A stretch of 64,000 bases of DNA from the human T2T-CHM13v2.0 reference genome, Homo sapiens: the NCBI RefSeq assembly GCF_009914755.1, contig NC_060947.1; one strand, 5' to 3'. A program made the position numbers and the translations under genes. The notes beneath the pieces are model-generated. The model was not told the origin of the DNA and searched no databases. It saw nothing but the letters and a program-made list of their open reading frames with translations. Of the stretch, positions 26,646 to 40,724 are shown one piece after another. How positions within the stretch are numbered: the stretch's first letter is position 1; every line of letters begins with the position of its first letter.

Positions 26646-29034
26646 TCTGTTGCTTTTCAAAAGAGAAACATTTAAAAATCCCGGTATGCCCCATATTTAT
26701 TCATTTGTTTATTTGGTAATGACATCAATAATCTGTGAATTTACTCACCTTCAAAAAAAATTCAGCCATGACAGATAAGGCTAATATCATCTCAATATAC
26801 CCCCAGCTCCGCCTGTCACTTGCTTAACTACCTACTGCTAGTTTGCTTGATACAAGCATTTAGTCAAAGAAAGAACATTTGTATTAAGGCCCAGTGCTAG
26901 ATAGGAGACAAGCAATTGGTGCACACATAGTTTTGAATGGAAGGCTGAGCTGGTGACCCCAGGTAAGCAGAGGCCTCTCACCTCCACAACAGAAAACATT
27001 TGTGCCAATGGAATTGCTCCTGTGCTGCCACATATAACGTGTTTATTGTGTGTGTAAGGGTGTATGCATGTGTGTGTGCAGTGCCGAGGCTCAAGAATGA
27101 ATTATGCACTGGTGGGTAAATCCAGTGGATCCACACAAGATGCAAAGGATAAACATGGCTCAAATTGAGTCCAAAAGAAAGAAGAAAAGCAAGCATTTTC
27201 TGTTTCATATTAATTGGTAGGATGTGGGCTGTAAAATCCTCTGTGGCAGTATTTGGTGTGCCGAGAATGTTTTCTTTATTCAATGAGGATAGTAGAGGAG
27301 AAGAAAAATCTGCCACTAAACACTATCATACCACCTTAAGTAGTACTAAAGATAATGATTCTAATGCAGATAGAGAAAGGAGCTGCTATGTCATCAATGA
27401 TAGTAAGTTTTGTTTATGAAATATTAAAATATTAAACTGCAAGGCATTGTCCATTTTTATTCACTGTTCTTCAGAGAGCAAATGCAAAGTTACAGAAGAA
27501 TTTTATTAAAAATAGCTTGCCTAGAAGAAGCATTGTTAACCAAATTACTATCACTGATATCATTTACATGTGTCATGTTTCAAAAGAAGACTGTGTTGTT
27601 TTAATTTGCTTTTTTAACACCACAACAAGGTCTCCAAACATTTAAATAAAACAGAAACAGTTCATTAGAACAGAAGAAAACTATCTGAATATACTGGTCA
27701 CAACTTGCTTAAAGCATTTCTGACAGCAGCCCTCTGTTGAAGAGAAAATTGCACAAATTGCCAGTTATTATCATTTTTAATAAATAAGCCTTCTACCTTC
27801 TCCCTCCCTCCCTCCCTCTGGCTTCTGTGTGATTGTGTTCAACAAGCATATTTTCAGTGGCACCATTTCTATTACCAAGTGATTGAGCTCTGATTTACAC
27901 ATCAATTACCCACCTTCATGGAGATTTTCATGCTCCCCTAGCTGACATCAATGAAACATAACTGCGTAAACGCTTTATTTCATACCAGTTTTGGATAACT
28001 GAGACTGATAACTAATCATATCGAGAGACAACGTGCTATAATACACAAAACAATAAATATTTCCCTTTAAAAATCTCATCTATTCTTTATGAGTTAACCA
28101 TTCACATGCTTATCTCAGTTGTCCATTTCTTCAAGGATCTTCCTGTCACTGCGTATCTCAAATGAAGTTAGGGTTTTACCCTAGAATACAAGCATTCGCA
28201 AAGGCCAAATTATCAGTTTCCAGCTTCCCCAAGGCGTAGAAATTCTTATTGTTTTCCTTCCAGTGTTGTAGATCTCTTGTTCACTCTTCCATGTTTGTCG
28301 CATGGGTTCATCTTTAATACCACTTCATTCATGTGTACTTGAATTAGCTGAAGTGTTCAAGTCCCAGCTGGAACACAGCTGGCTGATTTTGTTTCCTACC
28401 CCAAGCCAACCTGAGAGTGTTCCTATGGCACTTTCCTCATAAAGTTATAACATGTGTTACTCTGCACTGCAATTGTTTTGGAATGGATTTGCCTCTCCTG
28501 GGCTGTGAATTTCCCAAAAGCTTTTATTATGTCTTTTTTTTTTCTTTTTTTCTGAGCACTAAACATGGTACCTGGCATGACATAGATATCCAGTAAGTGT
28601 TTGTTGATTAAATAGACAAATTAATGTATTAATTAATATTTTGTCAACATTTGTCAGTGAACTTAGGTAGAAAAATATGTTAGCCTGTCATTTGTTCATT
28701 CATTCAGTTGAGAAATATTTATTTTGAGCTGAACACTGAGCTTGGCATGTTTCCAGATACATGGGAAGCAGAAATGCATTATTCCTCTCTAGTGACAGTT
28801 TCATTTAACACCCACAAGTTCTTTCAGACATAGCAGGAAAGGGGAGAAAGAAGAATGAGTTGGAAAGCCAAAGGAGAGTTGTGCTAGGTAGAGTAGAAGG
28901 GACAGGATTAGAATGAATCGAGTGCAATATAGAGTAAAAAAGACAAGGTCTAGATGATCTGCACACACTGTGAGGAGGCCTGGAGATTTCATTGTGAACC
29001 GGCTCAGAAATACAGTCTGTAGGTGCATGCATTT

Positions 29035-29431
29035 GGTAGTTTGAAGTAAAGGTGTTGGCAGGGTTGGTTCCTTGTGACGAGTATTAGGAAGAATCTGCTA
29101 ATTCTTCCTAATACCCCTGAAGTTTGAATGAAGTATGAAGTTTCTGGTAGTTTGTTGACAATATTTGGCATTCTTTGGCTTGTAGAAGTATCACTGTGAT
29201 CTCTGCCTTTACCTTCACATAGAGTTCTCTCTGGGTTTCTGTTTTCACATCTTCTCCTCTTATAAGGATGCCAGTCTTATAGGATTAGGGGCCCGCCCTA
29301 GTCCAGTATGATTTTATTTTAACTAATTACATCTGAAATGACCCTGTTTCCAAATAATGTCATATTCTGAGGTACTGTGCATGAGAATCTCAACATAGGA
29401 ATTGTGGGTTGATGCAATTTAACTCACAACA
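29035..29431 (-). mobile_element. MaLR LTR, MLT1B/C-like (partial)
   Basis: aaggtgttggcagggttggttcct...ggattaggggcccgccctagtccagtatga...gaccctgtttccaaataatgtcatattctgaggtact...aactcacaaca. Confidence 0.8.
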
Positions 29432-31724
29432 GGGTTACCCTGATTCTAGTCAGGCACCTTGTTAGGGCAAGAGGGAGAAGTGTAACCTAGGGAAGAGTCA
29501 CACCTATAGGTCCACATGAGAAAGCAAGCCTACGGTCATAACAGTTTGCTGCTGCCCTACTTTCATACTCAGGCCGGGGCTCTGCAGGAGTGCATGGTAG
29601 AAGGAGGCAGGGCCAAAAGGTTAAGCCTATAGGGGGTAGAATTTGCCTGGGCAAAAATTAGTGAGTGCAAGTGGATCAAAGGGTTTGTTGAGATGTGAAA
29701 ACAGAGTCAGCTTAAAATTGTCAATTATAAACTGCTCCTTAAGGGCATTAATTTCCTTAGTTTAAAAGTAATTAAGAATACTATTTCTGAGAAAATATTG
29801 TTTTAAATTAAGTAGTTATTGAAATTGCCTTGCTTATAGCTAAATGAAAATAAAACACCTTTTAAAAGTGTCACTTATGAGAAGCCAGAAGGTTATATTA
29901 AGACTTTGACTTGGAAAAGAATTCCTGATATTTAATGGGCCTAGAGAGGAAATACTTCAGGTAGCTTTTTCCTAATTTGAAAGACAGAGCTGATCTGTGT
30001 AAGTTGGCTGCAGAAGCAACTGGTATGGAACTTGGGACGTGGCGCATGGGATGAAGCCAGGACACATTGGGACAGGACAAGGGCTCATCAAGAGCAGAGG
30101 GCCAAGCTAAGCCTTGGGCCACTGAGCAGGGTACTATGCCTGCCTCACTAGGGCAGGCAGGCCTGAGGAAAGAGGAAAAGGAGGAGGTGAAGGAAGAGGA
30201 AAAGGAAGACCTCATCGATGACATCAACTGTGTACTCCTGAGCAGCACCACAGATTCCATAAACTGAACCTTGCCTCAAGCCAGAATTCAAATAAACCAT
30301 GAAGTACTTTAGAGCCATCACAAGTATTCTAAGCTTGTCACTGCCTCTCTGCTTCCTTTCTCGTAAATCCACGGGACCATTTCTAGTTGTGGAAAGGATC
30401 CTCCTGAAGTAAATCAAGAATTAGATCTAGTAACTCTTTAAAGCTCAGCATTAGTATCAACTTTGATTAATTTAGATAGGGAATTATAAATGAGATTGGT
30501 TCAAGTTGACAGTAAAGAGTGAATGAAGAAATATTGGAAGAAACATGAAGAAACAGGAAATATATAAGAAATTGTTACCTCTGATTGGCAATGGGGAACA
30601 GGGTGGATGCTGACAAGAGTGGAAGTGGTAATGTTTTATATCAATTTGATATTTATGTACAGTAGTTTAAATTTTTGATCATATTCTAAAGTCATAAAAT
30701 ATAAATGAATACATTTGCTATATTCACTATCCGATTACATATTTGCTTGGTTTTTGACATCCATTCAAGGCCCCTACTAGTCTTCAGGAAGTATTTTTAT
30801 AAGCTTCCAAGTCATTCAGTTGTTTGCAGCTCTCTTGGTTTGGCCATGTTGAGTGTGGGGCACTTGTAAGGCACTGGTTTCTGTTACAAACGGGTCAATG
30901 AGCCATATGAAGTGATAGTGAAGCCTCGTTTTTAATTAATAGGTCAGAACTAAAGTTATTTTAAAATGATTTTCTATAAAAATGGAAATCAGACATGTAA
31001 TCTAAGAGCATGTTATTAGAGCAGAAAAGAAACTCAGGGATCCTTAGATATCTATTGTGCAATAGAGCTGTGGTAGGGTATGTGCATATGGAAGAGGACA
31101 AGGAAGTGCTTGACATGAGATTCAAGGAGATAAAATCAGACATTCCATAGTTGTAAAGGGATAACTGACACATTCTGAGCTGCTTGGGGGAGAAGCGAAG
31201 TAACATTTGTTGAGGAGATAGGCACCCCTCTCAAGCAGTCAGGGATATTGGACCATATCTCTTAGCCAACAGTTATAGTGTATGAGGACAAAAGAATTTA
31301 ATTTCACTGGAGAGGTTGCTTTTAGAGGACATTTAATTGGCATACAAAGTGGTTGATATGCTGAATACTGCTGCAGGCAGATGGGAAACTTTGGCTTGCT
31401 AGAGTCATGGTCATTCTATATAAAAGTGGCATTTCCATTAAAATGGAATCCCCTGAAAATGGAGTTTTAGTGCACTCTTACAATATTTTTGACAATCAAT
31501 ATCCATTTGAGTGTCTACCTATGCTTGCTTTTCTGAGAAGAATGTAAACCATGCTCCAATAGCCCCTGAGAAGCCGAGATATTCTGAAGATAGTTAAGAT
31601 TTTAGACATACCTTCTGGATCAATTGCACTGTGCACGTTGTGTGAGCAGAGCTTAAATATGTGGATGTGCCTCTCTGTGAATAGAGTGCCCTTCTCTTCT
31701 GTGAGTAAGACTAGAATCTTCTTT

Positions 31725-31980
31725 ATGACCAAGAGGGTGGCCTCTGGATTCTGACAGCCCCAGCGGTTACTGTGTTTTTGTACCACTGACTAATTGTGTG
31801 GTGTTGAGCATGTTAACCTCCCTGTGTCTCATGTATCTCAGTTTCCTCATCCGCAAAATGAGGATGGTATACCACTTCAGAGTTTTTGTGAGGATTAAAT
31901 AAGATAGTACTCATAAAAGTCCTGGAACAGTGGCTGGCATAAACAAGGAATCAACAGATAGGAACTATTAGTGTTATTGT
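31725..31980 (+). mobile_element. MIR SINE
   Basis: ctcagtttcctcatccgcaaaatgaggat...gtgaggattaaataagatagt...aacagtggctggcata. Confidence 0.8.
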
Positions 31981-33337
31981 TGTTCTTCTGCACAAGTCTA
32001 TTCTTGTAATAACTGCTTTCACCTTCAAGGCACTTTTCCCAACATATACCAGCAATGTATGTTTCTACATAATAGAATAAATACATTAGTTCCCTAAAGG
32101 TGTTTGGTCCTTGATTTTCCTTCATGAAATGAAAAGACAAATGATCTCTTCAGGTTAAGTTTGTCAGATTTTGATATGCCCAAATGGGTCAAATAAAGAA
32201 ATTTATCTATTAATATAAAGACCAGGAGTTATTTTCCATGTGATGCCTGGGACTCACACTGTGAGATCCAGATGCAGTTGGTCCAATGTATGCCCTGAGC
32301 CTGGAGATTTATAAAATCTTCTCTGGATGATTCTGATAGGCAGCCAAAATTGTGAACCAAGTGATAGAAGAAATATTTAGAAACATTTCCAATTTAAAGT
32401 TATTATTTTAAATTTCAGATCATTATTAATTTGTGAATTACATTTTTAAATTGACCAACTTAGTGTCTCTGTCTCAAAGGTCATATCTGAGTCTATAGAG
32501 AAAAATTTGTAAAGGATATCTAATGAAATTAACTTAATCTGTTACTAGAAAGACTTTAGACTTCAGCAACCATGAAATTTTGCTATGTTTTTACAGAGTA
32601 AAGAGGACCCAAAAGCTATAAAGAGATTTACATATCGCTTTATCAGGGTGTCAGTCATCTTATCTGTTAAATGTGAGCAGTCATTAGTAGTTTACAGAAG
32701 CCTTTTTTGATAACTATCATATGTAACCTTTACACTAACCATGCAGAGAAGACATAAAGTTAATTTTCATGTTCAAAGAAGGAAACTGAGGCTTTAAATG
32801 TAAAGCAATTTATTAATGAACAAGAAACTTGTAAGTGAAAGTGACAGAGCCTGTCCCAGATCATCTGAATCTGGATGCCATCTTTTTTGGACACACTGTA
32901 AAATTCCTTAAAGCTTTCTACCTGGGAACAAAAGAATCTGTTTCTTTGACTGGCATCAGGTTAGGTTTCTAGTAGGTTTTTACCACTCCTAAGTGTATTA
33001 AATTATCTTTGCAGCTTGAGTATTTGGTATTTGTTAGAGAGATGACAACGTCTTCTTGAGTGTTTGGTAGGCCAGTCAAAATAATTTTGTCCAAAGCCTA
33101 AGCCACACACTTTTTTTCAAAAAAGCAAATATGTTTTCCTTATGACATTTGCATTGTCCATTGCTTATTTATGTACAGAAAGGTTATTTGTGTTCAGTTG
33201 GAGGATGCAGTGACTTAAAAACCTCTGACCTTAAGGAGGGAAAAGTCTAATGGGAGACTTAGAGAATCCTGGTTAAATCATTAGAAGAAAACAAAATTGA
33301 GCCCTCTTAATGAGCACAGTATATCATAGGACCAGGA

Positions 33338-33750
33338 ATATCCATACAGTGGAATATTATTTAACTATAAAAAGAAACGAAGTACTGACCCATGCTACAG
33401 TGTGGATGTACATTGAAAATAGTATGCTCAGTGAAAGAGGCCATGCACAAAAAACCACATGTTGCATAATTCCATGTATATGAAGTATCTAGAAGTGGCA
33501 AATTCATTCAGAGAGAAAGTAGATTAGTAGTTGCTTAGGGCTGGGCTGGATGGTAGGATTGCAGGACAGGATGATACCTAAAAGTGTACAGAGCCTCTTT
33601 TTGAGTTGATGAAAATATTCTAACATTATATCATGGTGATGCTTTCAAGACTCTGTGAATATGCTAAAAACCACTGAATTGTACACTTTAAATGGGTGAA
33701 ATTGTAGCTATATTAGTTATATCTCAATCAAGCTGTTATTAATGAAAAGA
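33338..33750 (+). mobile_element. L1MB-type LINE-1 3' end
   Basis: atatccatacagtggaatattatttaactataaaaagaaacgaagtactga...aaccactgaattgtacactttaaatgggtgaa...ttatatctcaat. Confidence 0.88.
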
Positions 33751-35647
33751 GAGGACTAGAAAAGAAGCAAAGCAGGGGATACAGAAACAAGTTAGGAGGG
33801 ATGGCTCTTGGGAGGTCTGCCTGACTTAATTGGAGGAGGCTTAGACAGGCTTTGCAGATGGGCTGAATCTTTGCTTCCATTTTCAGAAATGGAGGGGATG
33901 AGGTAGTCCCAAGATGCTCCTACATTGAAATATTAAGCCTGTTTCTGCCAGGACCTCTGGACTATTGATGTCTACATAATTTTACAAACCACAGATTTAA
34001 AGGAAAATCAAAAACAAATTGGAATGATCAGATGGGCAGCTGTCTAGAGCTAAAAACTTGTGTGTTTCTCACCTTTTCATTCTCTTCTTGATTATTTTTC
34101 ATGAGAGACAGTGTTTGCAGGGAGATAGTTCATTTGCTGAAGAGAGTGGTGGTATGCTGAGTTCCTCATGAGTCCTGACATTAAATATGGCTGAGGAGGT
34201 TCTACTGGTTTTAGAAATTCCTTTCCAAGGCCACTTACCTTCTATTCTTTTGCACACCTCCAGATCCAAGGTTCTTGTGTTTTTACTCTATATGTGTAAA
34301 ATAATGATGGCCTGTTTTGAGCTGCTTTTATAGTTTTGAATTTAGCACTTTACATAATGTGGGTTAAGTTTGAAGGTATTGGATAGCAGAGATTTTCTTT
34401 TCTTAACAAAAAGAAGTTATGTAGAGATTAGATCAGTGTCAAATTCAAAATAGGACTCGGTATAGAAAAAGTATCACCTGACACTCTGGAACATATAACA
34501 TGGATAAATATCTACACATGTTATAGAAGGCAGGGATTCATTCAGAAGAACCACAGGAAGTGAGTGATAGCTTATGTTTGTCCTTTGAGTGGATTAAATA
34601 TGTATTTTTATGCTTTTGCAAAGATATTAGCCAAATAAAGGTGTTTACTGTAGTTGGACTGGAAAACAAGTGAGGCTGAATTATTTACCTTCATGTACAC
34701 CATTACTACAGTAAATCATATATTAGCAGTATTTTAAAACAAATTTATCATTTTAAAATATCAATTTTTTATTCCCCAAGTGGCTTTGTAAAATAACCAA
34801 ATTAGGTAAACAATGAGTATTAGCTTCATGAAATATATGAACCAAATGGACTGAAACTGGTTTTTACTCTCCCTCGCCCAGCCTCTTCCCCACAGATGCA
34901 GTTAATTTTTATAATCCCTTTAGGGTCTGTACATTTTGATATAAGGAAACTAGTGGTTTATCTATACTCGAATCTAAATTAAATCCCTAAAGTTTTTCCC
35001 TACTGCCAATTTCTAATAAAATGCAGTCCTAAGGAAAGGTGACCAATGGAGTGCATGTGAAACTCATCTTCATTCTGAAGTGTGATGGAAACACAGGAGG
35101 CAGAAGGGACAAACCATGTTGCTTGGGAATGTGAAAGCCTGAGTTCCAGCCTCCTAGTTCTCTGACAAACCCGCTGTGAGGCCCATTACCTTACCTTAGT
35201 TCTATTTCCTCATCTGTAAAATGAGGGCACTGCAACTAGATGATTGCTAAACTCTCTTCCTGTTATAAACAGTCTCTGTTGTAAAAGACTAGCCTGCATT
35301 GTCAGCCTGTGTGGGCTACCACTGTGCGCTAATGAAGACGGCATAATTGAACTTTCTAGATCTCACGGAATCTACATGTGCCCTGCATTTTATTGTCCCA
35401 CCAATGAACCTGAGGCTTTTAATGAGCAAAATGAGAGTTATCTACATACAAGATAAGGTTCAAGTGTCTGAGAGAAGGAGAAGGCTAGGAGAAGATACTA
35501 CATGTACTTGAAGATGGAAGAAACAGATTCAGATCTTCCTTTGCCACTAGCTTGATGACGGCTTGAGACAGCTCCCTCTGTTCATTTTTGGAGGGCCTTA
35601 GTTTCCTCTTTTGTAAATGAGGGCAGTTCCTCTGTTTGTGGTGGCTA

Positions 35648-36116
<469 letters not shown>

Positions 36117-39100
36117 CTAGCGTGGATATCAATGAAATAGCGATTCCAAAAAGGTAACCTGGAGAGAGAGAAACCTAAGGCCTTTGGTTAATTCATAGTA
36201 AATTTGGTTTTGAGTGGTCAGTTTTTATATTATCATAATGTGACCAATTTTATTATATCCAGGAGAAAAAAGTTGGAAAAATATCCTAACTTGCTAAGAG
36301 TGATGAATCCTTGAGTTGAGATTTTTGGCTTAACTTCTCAGTATGAACATGGGTTTTCATGCTGATTGATAGGATCAATTCATCCTGTCTTCATCACAGA
36401 ATAAACTTGAATTGTTCATACCGATGATATGATGATTAATTCAGGTTTTTGGCTTGAGCATTTCTTTGTGGGCTATGGAGCTCTTTTTCCTTTGGAAAGC
36501 AGGCCTGGGTGTGTAAAGATGTATCAAATTATCAGGGGACAGACATATACTTTCCTGCAGCCTCTGCAGGGCTCACAGGTTCAAACACAACCTGCCTGAA
36601 TCATAAGAAATTTAATTGAGTAGATAAAGAGGTCCTCATAATTATAAACTGCAGTAGGTATAACAAGAGGCTAAATACATAGCTGTGGTTTTAATTAGCT
36701 GGTGCTTCAAATTAGTAATGTTGGTTTCAGTCAGAAATCAGTGACGTTATAGACTGAAAGCCTCATCACCATGTAGTTCATTACTCATTAGACCTCACTG
36801 TGTGAAGCCTTCAATACAACGCCATGCTGAGCAAGAAAGGAAAAAGTTGGAGATATTTGGTTGCCTTCCAAGAGCAGTGGAGCTCTGTGGAGATTAAATT
36901 CATTCTCGCCAGAGATATGAGAATTAACTGTTCTTTGTCGGATGTGTTAAAAAATGCAGCAGGCAGTTTTGCTTGCAACAGATAACACCCGCATGCACAC
37001 TCAATCTGCTATTCAAATTTGTGTCTGGAATTTGGTAGCTAATGAACTGATGCAAAATGCAGCCAAGAGCCTCCTAACAAATCAAAGCCAGGGCTAAAGC
37101 ACCGAAAGTGCCCTTACTGCTGATCGTTTGAAAGGTTGTCATGCAAGCTGAAGCACGTTTCCTTTTCTTCTCCTTCTCCTTTCTTTTTCCTTCAGGGTTT
37201 TAATTATATCTTTCCCTCGGAGAAGGAAGGTAGTTTGCAAAGCCAAGAGACCAAAGCACTTCAGTTCTCTTCATGGGAGAATTAAATGTGATCTATGGGC
37301 CTGTCATTCTTAGCTGTCAGGTGCACAAAATGAACAGATAGCTAGAAAACTGACATCCTGCTCGCATTACTCAGAAGGAAAAGACTTTGGTTCTTGTTTG
37401 TGTGTAGATACTAATCTGCTATGGAAAGCAAAGAAATTAAGTGTCCTTCTCCTTTGCAACAACCCTGCCCTCACTAAATATTGCTTTAACTTGTTACTCT
37501 ACCCCCACCCCCATAACACCCAATCTTTCTTACATTTGGATAAATTGATGGGATTGGATTACACACAGCCAATTTATGGTGTTGAGGTACGGTCACAAGC
37601 GCCACACTTAACGGACTGAAGATGTTACTGTGCCTGATTGTTTCCATGTCAGTCTCAAACATGGAGACATTGAGACACACAACAATTGTTTGGGGTTCTG
37701 AGTTCAACTTGTGAATGGAAATGAAAGATGATGCTAGAAAATCTAATACCTATGGAGGGCATCTGAGACTACAAATAATAGCCTGGCTTCCAGTATCTGG
37801 ACTTGATATCTTCCTTGACCAGGCAAGGCCTAGATATGGGGCCCTGGCTTTGGGTAGGACTCTGAAGGTTTTCTTTGCTTTACTCAGACAGTGATAACAT
37901 TTGCTGAATATACTCATGAATGGTCCAGTGAGCTTTAATGTATCTGACGTTTGTATTATGAAAGTGTAATGTGCATTTAAACATCCTATAAATGTTGTTG
38001 CTGTTTTTTAATGGAGAAATGAGTGTTCTTTATCCAGGAGATAAAGTTATCAAAGTCACTTTGAATTTGACCATTCAAGGATTCCTGTGAAGAAAAGTGG
38101 ATGATTAAGTGTAGTGGCATTGTACACTCCATGTTTATCAACATCTAGTTAAGCTGCACAGATAGTTTATGTTCTAGGTTCTTTGAGCAAACTAGCCTAC
38201 CAATGACAGGTATTAAGGTTTCGGATATAGTCAAAGCCTGTCAACTGTAGTTTTATATCAGTAGATCTCTTATAATTCCTTTAGCTATTATGTTCATTTG
38301 CATGTCAATTATCTAATTAAGTCTTAACATGGGACTATTAACATGGGGAAGGAAACCAACATTTATCCAACACCTGCTAGGCATTTTATGTACATTTATG
38401 TAATTTAAATTTGCTCAGTGTATATATACTCACTTTGGGTAAGGTTAACATCAAAAGCATGAAAAAAGCCCAGTGAATAAAATAAGATACACCACTACGA
38501 GACTTAGATTATGGCTTAATTTGCAGTCTTGCATGATGAAGAAAATAATTGTTTTCTTAATAAGGAAGCATTCCATTCCATAAAACCAGAAGGCCTGGAA
38601 TATATCTTAAATATTGTTTAGAAGCTTTTGATCCTCCAATGGGAAAGCCTGAAATGTGATGAGAGTCACAGTTAGTCTTTATAAAACATTTGTTCGTTGA
38701 GGTCATTAAAGGCTTTTGACACCTCCTTTTTTTCATCCACAGTTAGTCATTTGTTATTCAAGTCAGACCCCTTTTTTTGTGAAGAGTTTCTCAAAAAGGC
38801 TTCCATTCACTTTTGAAGAAAACTGTGAGAAGACCAACACCACAACAACCAAACACAAAGAAGTGTAGGTGATTTGGTGATTTATTTTTTTGTGGACTTC
38901 TGAAAATGCCCTTAAATTCTCCTGTGAGTTCATCAAAACAAGCTCACTTTGGCTATGGGCTCAGGACAGAAATCCAATTTATCTTCAGCTCCGTACTTTG
39001 ATAATTCCTTTCCCTTAGGACTTTGTGACATCTGTGGATTCTGAGCCCTAGGTAGTTGGCAACACAATGTAACTTTAATTCAGTACCTTTCTGCACTGTG

Positions 39101-39370
39101 GGCTGACTTTTGGGGAGTATGTAATTGCTTATAATAATCAAAAAAGGACAAGGGAAGAGAATTTTGCTTTACTTGCTTGTCATGAATATCATTTCAAATA
39201 AGCAAGTTTTTGTTTTCTTCTTTATTCTGAAGAGCTGGTCAGGATCTTAAACTCAATAGGTGTAATGAAAAGGATTATCTGTTCTCTATGCAGTGTCAAC
39301 TTGGGCAGCAAGTTGACTTGAATTTTTTTCTTATTATTGACAGCAAGGAAAATTTAAATGACTTGCATGA

Positions 39371-39622
<252 letters not shown>

Positions 39623-40724
39623 TAAAGCACCCAACTCATTTCCAGGGGAATATATTTTACAAGTGAAATTTGTACATACACTGTATTTGAGGCAACTGCA
39701 AGTTTCTGACGAAGTCTTCAGAAACAAATTTCATCTTCTTTTGGGAGCACAGTATGATTGAAGAGAGACTTGTGAGACTTCCTGTCTCCAATGAGCCCCT
39801 CTCTGCCCAACACTTCCTACAGCAAGGAATGCCCCCTTGACACTTTCTACTGCTGTGATTGTCAGTAGGCAGCTCCTGAAGACTTCATCAGAATGTCAAT
39901 GGAGATGTCTGTTTCTTTTCCCAATCAGTGTCATCCATTGCAAGGCCACTGTTTTTCTTTTCCATTTTAGGTTGTTAGCAGCTCTTCAGTGGTTTGAGTG
40001 CTCTTTGAAAATCATTGTTCTAGAATAAAGGAAAAAAGCCAATCATTTTTCCTGGTGGTTAATAATCATGGGTTAGAAGATTGTCTCAACCAGAGGGGGG
40101 TAGTATAGCTAGGTTGAATTTCTAGTGGTATTCTGACTAGTGTGTAGCTCCAATAATCATCAAACTGCTGTGTCTACAAGTATTGATTTTACAATGACTG
40201 CTTCTGAACTTTCTATTTGGGGTAGAGATGAGAGGCGACTGGGAAGAGATTATGATGGAAGAATCTTATTGAATTGCTGGCAGCTGGTTGGTTTTTATTG
40301 AAATGCAGTAGCAGTGTAATTTTCTGTAATAAAAATGATGTAAGAAGTACAACAATAGAGAAAATTTTCAAGAGCTGTGATTTTAGAAGAGTACCCTTTA
40401 AGGGACAGTGACTTCTGGAAAAGGAAAGTTCTTAAGGAAGACAGCATAGGCCCAAATACTACTTTGGGGTAGAGAGTAAGCTATTTGGATTGGTGACTGG
40501 TGAGACCAGGTTCTTGTTACCTTGTTCAAAGCAAGTAAGCAACTCTTGATTGAGACACTGCAGGAACTTTCAAGTTTGGTAAGCCTGATGAAGAAACTTA
40601 GGTCACCTAAGCTACTGGTTTTCAATCTGTCAGTAATAGTATGATCCCTAAAAAAGCAGTGTTCCCATATCAACAGGTTAATTTGTATACTACTTTGAAG
40701 GTATATATTTAGATATATAATTGG

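Noticed and set aside
28550-28760. Tail-to-tail L2 3' ends, the arrangement that produced miR-28/miR-151-type hairpins
   Set aside because: By eye the arms pair poorly and are separated by about 70 nt; no convincing pre-miRNA stem. An RNAfold run would settle it.
30067-30267. Acidic ORF (KEEKEEVKEEEKEDLIDD) and a REST/RE1-like CAGCACCACAGA
   Set aside because: The ORF is short, starts at a non-ATG codon and is driven by a GA-rich patch, with no recognisable parent gene. The RE1 right half (GGACAG) is missing.
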